Assembly (NCBI RefSeq): GCF_001194135.2 | Contig: NC_068982.1 | Coordinates: forward strand, 39,174,456 to 39,216,061 | Origin: Octopus bimaculoides | Taxonomy: Eukaryota | DNA length: 41,606 bases | Direction of reading: 5' to 3' | Shown: positions 12,360 through 22,440 of the stretch, one piece after another | Layout: each line of letters begins with the position of its first letter | Position numbering within the stretch: the first letter of the stretch is position 1 | Notes under the pieces: model-generated | What the model was told of the DNA's origin: nothing | What the model saw: only the letters and a program-made list of their open reading frames with translations | Database searches by the model: none | Translations under genes and position numbers: made by a program

Positions 12360-12520
12360 AAATCTTAAATTCCGAAGGGAAACTCTAGATATGTTGTTAA
12401 TGAAGCTGAGGCCTTTAGTCTCTTCAGTTGTCAATGGCAGAAGAAGGGAGAGGCGACCGTCAGTGCAACCAACTCTTGATGGTGGCAGCAACATTGGAAG
12501 CATTTGAATCGCTTTCTTTT
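12360..12520 (+). mobile_element. Possible PIF/Harbinger transposase fragment
   Basis: Two adjacent frames give FRRETLDMLLMKLRPLVSSVVNGRRR..SV / NQLLMVAATL, reminiscent of the Harbinger FRM.R.TF..L...L.P....QLL..L..L segment. Resemblance judged by eye only. Confidence 0.3.
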
Positions 12521-14265
12521 ATATTACTTTCATTGCTAACGTACTTTTCATCTCTGCAGGGCAAGGAATTAACCGGTAAGAAATTGAAAGAGATTCGTCA
12601 TGAAGTATTTATAGTTCTTCGTTTGAATTTCGACGTTACTTTTTTTTTCTGGTAAACTGAATATACCGAAATGTTGCATGAATATTTATACTTTTCCACC
12701 AGGCAGAAAGTAATCTCTTTGATCTTTTGACCTAGGCAATGACAATCCAGATATTGATCAGCTTATTGACAACATACTTCTTCTTCAGAACCCACATGCA
12801 TTGGAATAATGATTGTAAGTTGATTTTGCTTCCTCTGTAGAATGTACTAAGTGAATGTACTGCATTTTTTTCTCTTTTCAATTTAGTATCCGTATTTATA
12901 GTTTTACCAGCATTTGCACTTGCCCTTTTTCTGAGTATTCAGGTCCTTTAACACATTTCTAGTTTAGCGCGTAGATGCAATCTTTCAACGTCTGGAGATG
13001 ATTTAGGTGTATTGCTATAACAATTTTTAAAATTAAAATCTGATTTGTTTGGGAATTAAAGTACATCTTATGGTTGATATCGTTTCACCTCAAGTCAATC
13101 CTAATCGAACAACTCCATTATAAATTACATTTGTATATATGTGTGAGGGTATGGCTGTGTGTATATGTGTGTGTGCGGGTGTATAATGTCTGTGTGTTTA
13201 TGAAACACTTCTTTTTAATGACCAAATCTTAGGTTATTAGACTGGAGACGACTTGAGGGAAAAGATGTATTAGAATCAGCTGGGCAGAAATGAGTATAGA
13301 TCATCGACGGGGAGAGAGACCAATTCGAAACTTACTAAAGCTCACTAGCAACCAAAGCGTGTGTCAGGAAGACAAACTCTGCTTTGTGAGTCCAAAATAC
13401 CGAAATATTAAAATAGAATTTACCCTCAATGGATGTTATTTTGGAAGAGGTCGTATGAAAAGCAAGACTGGTCATTGAAACTTGATTTACGTCTTTACGT
13501 CAAGTCATATTCTGTGAAGGCAACTGTGTTCAAGAAATATAAATAACGTGAATTCCATTCGTCCGTTGAGAAAATGTTAACTTTTGATAGACGAGCAACC
13601 ATTGTTCGGATGTTTCTCCTTACATAGGCTGATAGATTGACATTATCACACTCACTGTATCTATTCTCACTTAGGAATGAGAAATATTTAGTTGATAAGA
13701 ACATATTGAATCGGACAAACAGATGTTTTCTTTCATATTTATCTGATGTGGAATGCAACAGGCTAAGACTATGTCCATTTTCAGTCTCTTTTCTTATCAG
13801 TAAGAATAATCAGCGAACGTTTTGGAATGTACAAAACAATACATTGTTCAATTATTTATTATAATGAAATCGGTGTTTAAGCTATGTCGAGTCTTTATAT
13901 TACTATTTTCATTGTTTCTTGTAGCTGTTTGTTATGTATAATGATGAACAGGAAGGAGGGTGGGGGGAAAGGAGAAACAAGAAAAAGAGGTGACTACCGA
14001 TAAGTACGAAGCTAGGGCTGTGTGAAGAAGGTGGCGGAAGAAGAGAAGAAATAGAGAAATAATGAAATTAGAAACCAAGTGGTTCGGCAAATATTTTAGA
14101 AGCACACGAAGAACGATCGATCCTAGGAAACTTTTGAACTTTAACACTTATAAACCTCTCGTCAAAAGTTTTAAGATAAACCCCGGCGGATTCATTTATT
14201 CCAGAAACAATACACAAAATTTTCGATGGTGTCTCAACAAACAGGTCATTTGATTCAGAGATATA

Positions 14266-14392
14266 CAGGGTGTCCACAAAGTCTGGGTACATGGGGATTA
14301 ACACATACTTTAAGAAATTATTATTTCTTATATCTAATTGTTTATGTTATGACTTTATTTACTCCATGTACCCAGACTTTGTGGACACCCTG
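14266..14392. mobile_element. 127-bp Tc1/mariner-type MITE
   Basis: Perfect 29-bp TIRs CAGGGTGTCCACAAAGTCTGGGTACATGG (14266-14294 and 14364-14392), flanked by TA on both sides (14264-14265 and 14393-14394). Confidence 0.92.
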
Positions 14393-14916
14393 TATAACTA
14401 CATCAAACTTAAGATATTCAGAATGCTTTGTCCCTTTATAATGTCCAGTATAGCAAAACAAAAAAAGCTGTTTGTAGTGTGTTAGAATATGTTATTAGGG
14501 AATTAAGATAATTGGAAAATAAATTCTTAAAGCGTAAGAAACATTTCAGATAATTATGAAGGTAGGTGGAATTTAAAACATTGTAGGGACTTCATTTATT
14601 AGGGTTGATCACATATATGTACATGCATACGCAGGCCTGAGCAATCTATATATATATATTTTTTTGGTAGTCTGGCATGCTATTCTTCCTTCTTTAAGCT
14701 GCCGATGTTGTCCGATGGAGAGACTACTACTGTCTCTATTACTGTGTTAGGGCCAATGCAAGTTGGCATCAGTGTAGTTGTAGTTATTACTGCCAAAACG
14801 CAGAATCGGAACATAAAGAATGAAAAGTAAAATTGAACTCTCAAATCTCGAAGTCAAGACGCAGAGAACGAGAAGAAATAATGTGAGTCTTTCTACCAAA
14901 CGGCCTAACGGCTCTG

Positions 14917-14960
<44 letters not shown>

Positions 14961-15323
14961 AAAAACATTTGCACACAAGCACATATTCGCTTACATATGC
15001 ATGCATATATATAAGTGTGTGTATGTGTGTGTATGTGTGTGCGTGCGCGTGTGTGCACGTATGTATGTACATGCAGGCATACACGTATATATATATATAT
15101 ATATATACATNNNNNNNNNNNNNNNNNNNNNNNNNNNNNNNNNNNNNNNNNNNNNNNNNNNNNNNNNNNNNNNNNNNNNNNNNNNNNNNNNNNNNNNNNN
15201 NNNNNNNNNNNNNNNNNNNNNNNNNNNNNNNNNNNNNNNNNNNNNNNNNNNNNNNNNNNNNNNNNNNNNNNNNNNNNNNNNNNNNNNNNNNNNNNNNNNN
15301 NNNNNNNNNNNNNNNNNNNNNNN

Positions 15324-15372
<49 letters not shown>

Positions 15373-17892
15373 ATGCGTGTGTATACTTCTAAAAATCAGT
15401 AAATACATAACCAAGTTTACAATATTAAGTTGAATATAATGTAAATTTCTATGTCATGGGATTCATAGAGCGTATATTGAAAAATATTTGCTTTGTCAGA
15501 CATACTACAACGTTTGCACTAGTTTGGTGTTAAAAACTTCTCTGTTCACATTGCAATCTTTTTATATAAACCGAAACTACCCAATTTCTATTACTTTTAT
15601 TGGGGTCATTCACAAAAATAGTTTTGCGAAGTGCATTCTACCAAATATTTACGAAACCGTTATCGAATGAAAATATTGTTATGAATGGTACAGTTTTATG
15701 TTATTTCGTCCCTGGTCAGACCTAACCAAGCAGTTATATGGTCATAAGCGTTCTCACCGTGACGATCCTGTCTGAATATCAGATATATTACATGGTCTGA
15801 TTTTTTTTTTTTTTCAAAGACAAAAGGGTATGATTTTGTGGGAGGTCAGTTGCTACTTTTAGTACATCGAGGGACTACGTAGAGGCCCAATCATTAGCTC
15901 GTTAGATGCTATATTTATACATCAAACACACATTGATAAAAAGTTCTGCATTATCTCCTTAAAAATCACATGCTTAAAAAGACACACTACTTTGCTTTCA
16001 TGTACAGACGTAAAAAAAATAAGTCAATCTCTCTCTCGCTATCTCTCTTCACTATCTCATTCTCTCTTTTTTTCTCTCTTTTCGTTTGCTCTTTCGTACA
16101 ATGAAATACTGTAATTTTTCTTTGACTGCAATAATTATCAACGTCAAAAATTTCTTTAATTAGTGAAATCTTAATTGAATGGGTTATATATCAGATGATT
16201 GCTTAGTATAAGTTTCCCAAACATCTGTTCAGGTTGGTAGGATATTTTGAGGCTTTGTATATCGTTGTAATGGGATCAAATAACAAATCGAATGTCATCA
16301 ACATTGTTGTTATCTAAATTCAAAGAAAACAACATCTCTTATCTATGAAGACAGAAATTTTGAAGCAACACAAGTGTTTTAACATTAGACAGAATGCTCT
16401 CTACCCTAAGTACTTTGACCCGTGGCATGTATTGAAAATGCTAAACAGAAGCTAAAGTACTACAGTTTTAAAATATCTTTGAAGTGTCTGGTTAGTAGAC
16501 TTACTGATTTCGGATTTAATATTAAAGAAAGCAGATTCAATTGTAGATTAGCTTACTTTATTCACGTAGGATGCAACAAAAAACATTAACTGTGTGACAT
16601 TTCAAAATTGCTCAGACATTACTGAGATATGTAGAGATATTTTGGGCAAACAGCTTACGTTTTTCATACAGTGTGAGTAAAAGGCTGGGGCTTGATACTG
16701 CATAAAAATCTTCGCTTCTGTGTTGACTGTCTTCCAAACGCTATATTCTCACTCTTCATTCTCATAAATAGCTCATATCTTTTAAATTTCGTAATTTTCC
16801 TTTTAGTTATTTAACTCCAGATCAACTCTGATGGACCAGGACTATCATTAAAAGTATTGCTATCCACGACTATATCATATTTTTGTGCATAATACCCGGG
16901 ACTACACTATCACTATGTATTATATGAGGGAGATTTGACTGCCATTTCTAGTAGACTGAGACATTACGTGAAGTCTCCCTCTCATAACTTAATAAAATGG
17001 TGAAAGGTGTCGTAGTGAAACTTCCGGACAACTAGTTCAGTGGTTTATATTTGTGATTGATGCTATTGTTTGTCCATCCACGGCCAAAAGCATGGATTTA
17101 TATTTCAAAAGTATTTATAATCTCGCTGGAGATAGTTTTAGGGGTCACTGATATAAATATTAACAACATTGTACAGTGAATGAGCATTACAAATTCTCGG
17201 TGTACTGAGAAAGGTTGCTAACGGGTTTGATAAATACATTCCATTAAATAAATTTGGTCGATACAATTGAAATTTCTCACTTGAAAATTGTCTGTAAAAT
17301 CAGTGAATAGGAATCGAATTTTCATTCTGTTTAACTCAGTGTTTTCGTACTGTAACAAATATGCCACAATCAGAAACGCTAACACGCATCATGTGAAGCG
17401 CAGACACATATCTCTTGTATGCATGTCAGCTTGTATTTGCGTACTAGTGCGTTAATAGTATTTTATCATTTAGGTCAAATGAAGTTGTTTATATATGTTT
17501 ACATGTTTATAAGAGTAACAGAGATGAAAATAAAGTAACAATTTGATATGTTACTTCAGGTTATATTTACCTGCTTACTGTAGTTTTAGTTGTTGTTGTT
17601 ATATCTGCTACTGTTGCTGCTGCAACCGATGGCTTCCTAACATAAAAATCACAAAACCAGCACTATTAGATGAAATTTAATACCGTCGAACACTGTTCCA
17701 ATTTTCTGTCCTAAAGCGCTTCCAATGTTTCCTATACGTCATAGACGGTGTCAGGTCAGACATCTGATAACCAGAGATCTGCCACAGGTTATCATATAAA
17801 CCAATACAACCTGTACATCGACGGGCTGTGGGTAACCAATCCGGTAAACGCATGAAGCTCGTTTGGCATGGAGAATAAATTGCTAGAGTCCA

Positions 17893-18101
17893 TACATAAT
17901 CCTTTTCTACTCTAGGCACAAGACCCGAAATTTTGGGGGAGGGACCGGTCGATTAGATTGACCCCAGTACCCAACTGGTACTTAATTTATCGACCCCAAA
18001 AGGATGAAAGGCAAAGTTGACCTCGGCGGAATTTGAACTCAGAACGTAAAGACAGACGAAATACCGTTAAGCATTTCACCCGGCGTGCCGCCAGCGCACC
18101 G
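17893..18101 (-). mobile_element. SINE family A
   Basis: Reverse complement matches the family A body (..GTTCTGAGTTCAAATTCCGCCGAGGTCAACTTTGCCTTTCATCCTTTTGGGGTCGATAAATTAAGTACCAG..). Confidence 0.85.
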
Positions 18102-18114
18102 CCTTAGAGTCCAT

Positions 18115-18376
18115 TATTTTTTTGCGCCTTTTTCAAGCCTAGCCAGGCTCATGGGAACGGTTTCCCGGTTTCTATGGCGTATGTGTTCCTTCCAGCTGGA
18201 CGGGACGCCAATCCATCGCAGCGTTACTCAAGAAACAGGAAGAAAGAGTGAGAGAAAGTCGGGGCGAAAGAGTACAACAGAGGTCGCCACTAACCCCTGC
18301 CGGAGCCACACAACGCCCGGTCTGGGAATCGAAACCGCGAGTCCGCTGCCCTAGCCACTGGGTCATTGCGCCTCCA
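18115..18376 (-). mobile_element. SINE with family C head and a different tail, flanked by a 13-bp target-site duplication
   Basis: CCTTAGAGTCCAT at 18102-18114 and 18377-18389. Head GTGGAGGCGCAATGACCCAGTGGCTAGGG and B box GGTTTCGATTCCC. Confidence 0.9.
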
Positions 18377-18559
18377 CCTTAGAGTCCATACAAAATTAAA
18401 AACTAATTTGTGCACTGTTCATATAAACACTTTTGCATTTCTCCTTTAATGTAATCCTAATATTTTTTGCTACGCTCACGCGATACTAAACACTGATGCA
18501 CACGTAGAGGAACATTCGCCAAACACACTTCTACAGAGACATGCACATGCACTTTTAAA

Positions 18560-18671
18560 AGTTCGTATATGTGTCTATGTAAGTGTATACACATATACGT
18601 ATATGTATGTGTATATACGGATATGCATATGTATGTGCGTATATATACGCATATGTATACGCATATGTATA

Positions 18672-18724
<53 letters not shown>

Positions 18725-18836
18725 GCATGTATGTATGTATGCATGTATGTATGCATGTATGTATGCATGTATGTATGCATGTATGTATGCATGTATGTAT
18801 GAATGTTTTGTATTTATGTATGTATGTATGTATGTA
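18560..18836. repeat. Compound (TA)n/(GTAT)n/(GCATGTATGTAT)n simple repeat
   Basis: Direct inspection. Confidence 0.9.
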
Positions 18837-19242
18837 GAGAGCCCACAGTCTTAAATTACCACATCGAATAATAAAAAATATCTAAAATCCTTTTAGAATA
18901 AAGAATTAAATCGTACTCTCTTCCATTGGTAAGTTCTGAGTTCGCTTCAGCAGATATCATGGAGAATACAGAATATATTATAAAGATTATGATGATGAAG
19001 AATGGAGACTTATACAACTTTAAAATTTATTTAGTAAAAAGCAGTTTCCTCATATTACATTCCAATACGTGTCTTATGGTCCTTTGATATAATATTTTGG
19101 GAATTTCAGAAGTGTGTGTGTGTGTGTGTGTGTGTGTGNNNNNNNNNNNNNNNNNNNNNNNNNNNNNNNNNNNNNNNNNNNNNNNNNNNNNNNNNNNNNN
19201 NNNNNNNNNNNNNNNNNNNNNNNNNNNATATATATATCAGAC

Positions 19243-20203
19243 ACGGGGGTAGCCGATGAAGGAAAATGTTCTCTATGTGGCTTGTGTGTTTTCTGCACTC
19301 TGGTTATTATTATTTCTTGTCTACGTTTTGTTTGGAATATCCTGTACCCAGATATGCACCTATATATACAGGTAGACGTAGGTATGCACACACCTGTACG
19401 TATATATGCATATACTCATTTATTATCTGTTTTTACATGACCGAACGCCAGCGTCACCATTGTTATAAGTAATTTCAACTTTATATTTTCTGACGCTACT
19501 CTATCTCTTTCTCTATCACGTTTTCCCCCTCTCGATCTTCCTCTGTTACTACTACGTATCTCTCTCTCCCCCCTCGTACTTCCTTCAGTTACTACTATAT
19601 TCCTCTCTTTCTCTCGTTGCTCACCTATTCTTCTACTTCCTCCCTTTGTTTCTCCCTCTACCACTCTCTCTCTCTCTCTCCCTTACCTCTGCATGGTCAC
19701 ATGCTTCCGGTCAATAATCCTTTTCTTCCTTGGCTATCGCAAAGCAAACACGCGAACTTACTTCGTCCCCACTTTCAAGTTCGCGCCTCACAGCGTTCAT
19801 ATACACATAATTTTTGACGTCTGGCCGCATGGCCTTTTCCGTTTGTTTTCCTGTCTTGTTTTCTTTTCCGTTTGTTTTCCTGTCCTGTTTTTTGTCCGCC
19901 ACTACATTCATCCATGGCACAGGTTTAATTTGTGTATACAAATTTAATTTGTGGTCCATGGGAAGAGCCGTTTTAACGATGCGTCCTGCCCAACTCTTCG
20001 AAACGCCGGTGTTAAAACGGGGGTAGCTGATGAAGGAAAATGTTCTCTATGTGACTTGTGTGTTTTCTGCACTCTGGTTATTATTATTTATTGTCTACGT
20101 TTTGTTTGCAATGTCCTGTACCCAGATATGCACCTATATATACAGGTAGACGTAGGTATGCACACACCTGTACGTATATATGCATATACTCATTTATTAT
20201 CTG

Positions 20204-20208
<5 letters not shown>
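19243..20208 (+). repeat. Partial-tandem interspersed repeat: about 190-bp direct repeats about 775 bp apart
   Basis: 19243-19435 is nearly identical to 20017-20208 (ACGGGGGTAGC(C/T)GATGAAGGAAAATG...TTATTATCTGTTTTTA). A diverged homolog lies at 32290-32877 (-). Confidence 0.85.
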
Positions 20209-20248
<40 letters not shown>

Positions 20249-21869
20249 GCACACACGCACATTCGCGCGCACAAACACACACAAAACACATAATTTCATT
20301 TTTAACGTCAAGAGAACTTCATGAAGGCATGTTGCAATGTGATACAGGAAATGAAAAACACTCTCTACTCGTAGCTTTAGTTCCCAATGTTGGAGATCGG
20401 CTGCTTATGTTAAATACAATAGTTCTTCGCGCTTTATGTCATTGATGGCCCAAGGAAAGGGGAATAATTTAGTCCAGCGTGTCTGGCACATCATCAACGA
20501 AAACACCATCAGATGATCATCGCCGAGCAATCGAGGTGACATAGTTCACTCACTGATATGTGGTGTACAAGGATATCAGGTGTTGTTTTAGAGGTTGAGG
20601 ATACGGCAACCTATGTCGTCGGTGAAAGGAATCGATCTCTAGTTCTACGGTTCTAAAAATTCATTGAGGTTGTTGCTGTGGACGTGAGTAGTGTGGGTTA
20701 CGAAGAGCAGACGATTCTGTCTTGCCGCCGCTTGGTGTTGTATGTAGTTTTGTTTAATGGTCAGTTTCATAGCTGATTCTACAAAATAAATGTATGTAAC
20801 GTTTTACTGGGAGTATGACCTTTTTTCGCTGTTTGGTATCTTTGATTTCCTTTGTGTGCTATTTTATTCTCGGTTGTCTCGCATACTCTGTATACGATCT
20901 CGTTAAAATACACTCAGATATCAAAACGACGGCAACACGTACATTTATTCAAACTTGTATTTATAATGAGAATCATTCATTTACACATATTGTAAGACAC
21001 AAAGCAACACATTTCATTTATACGAATGCGATCACGTTTCCCACTCACTCCTCCTACCTTTCATATTCAATCTCGCCAGTTCAGTGTATTAATGAAGTCC
21101 CGTGCGAAGCTATTATCAATATACAAATTGTAAGTTATATAAGTAAGAATATATCGATTGTCTTTTCTTTGACAGAATCTACAACCAGGTCAGCGTTAAA
21201 TAAAATTTTGAAAATTTTGATTATAATTATGTATGCTTGTATCTGTGCTCCTCCCTTTAATTAAACCTGACTGTTCCTAGCAGTACGTTCTGTACTTCAG
21301 TTTAATGCAGAGTGTTTTGTATTGCAAACGTCGAGATTCATAAACAATGAAAACCAAATAGGAATCAAACTGGCGTCTCATTTGTTGATGCTGAAATGTA
21401 ATCACTGCTATATTTTTTCCATAAATCTGTCCACTCCCATGTTTCCATGTTTGGCATTTATATCTAAGTACATAGCGAGTCTCTTTGTAGTAGCTCGGTC
21501 GAGGAGAAATAGTAGCTAAATCCTCCTCTAATCAAACCCTTCGATTAAAAAGAGAATACATTAGGCAATGTAGGCTGAAAAAAAGACAAGAGAAGAATGG
21601 CTTGAACTCCTTTGAGTATTGGTCTGCTGTTCAAAGTTGCATTCAGGTCAAGCCACAACAATCTACAAAGTCATTCTGAAAACCATATATTGATACTTTC
21701 GCCTGCTACTTTTTTTCCTATATTGTTGTTAGTAGATACATCAGGAAGTTTTTATATTGTTATTAGTAGATTGTTTAGGAAACGGTTTTGTCACTGTTGT
21801 CGCACAGAAAATTAAAAAATTAATGCTTAATTTTCAGACAACATAACAAAATCATTACCACAGTAGATA

Positions 21870-21948
21870 AAATGCTTAGTGACATTTCTACTGCGTTGCC
21901 GTTTTAAGTTCAAATGCCGCCGAGGTCGACTTTGCATTTTAACCTTTC
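21870..21948 (+). mobile_element. SINE family A fragment truncated at the rDNA junction
   Basis: AAATGCTTAG...GTTCAAATGCCGCCGAGGTCGACTTTGCATTTTAACCTTTC, then an abrupt switch to GC-rich sequence. Confidence 0.7.
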
Positions 21949-22440
21949 AGACGACGTGCTCCAGCTCGCCTCTCTCACGCTATTGCACGTTGTCTCGCAT
22001 GCCGCCGTCGATCACACGTTCGTTGACTGCAGTCTGGCCGCAATCTGTCACAACAGCTTCGATGCTAGCACGCGCGGCGCGGGGCGAGATAGCTGTCGCC
22101 TCTCCTGGCAGACGTGCGCGTCGCTGCCGAAACCAGCCCACTTGCTTGACCTGTACCGGCCCGCATCCAGCAGTGACTCGATGCGCGGACGTCGGATCGA
22201 AAACAGTTTTGCTCAACAAACCCTCTCGTTTCCGCCGCGGTGGCGGCGGCGAACACATACGACCGGCCGTCGACCGGATGAGCCTGACGCGCTTGCCGGC
22301 TGACGTCCGATCTGCTCGCTCTTCGTGCAAGGCGGCGTCGCGTCGGTCGCGTTGGTGTCGGGGAAGAAGCACTCCACACCGCTCTTCCATCGCAGACGCC
22401 GCCTGCTACCGCAGTAGCGACTGCTGTCGATTATCGATGA
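21949..22440 (+). other. 5' external transcribed spacer (5'ETS)-like GC-rich segment of an orphan rDNA fragment
   Basis: GC/CpG-rich island in AT-rich surroundings, directly abutting the 18S 5' end at 22441. Confidence 0.75.

Noticed and set aside
17677-17919. 80-aa minus-strand ORF
   Set aside because: It starts inside a SINE, has no recognisable motif and has only a weak acceptor.
19253-19458. Long-range hammerhead joining CCGATGA (19253) to GAACGC-CA-GCG-TC (19443-19455)
   Set aside because: It needs an about 180-nt loop closed by 2 bp, lacks one A of GAAA, has poor stem I pairing, and the hairpin is not conserved in the 32.8-kb homolog.
19960-20020. HDV-like ribozyme reading of the pseudoknot
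   Set aside because: P1/P2 order fits, but no P3, P1.1 or catalytic J4/2 elements could be assigned.
20330-20780. Possible LINE apurinic-endonuclease remnant (minus strand, ..TTPDILV..LGDDHLMV..)
   Set aside because: Only a faint motif resemblance across several frameshifts; too weak to call.
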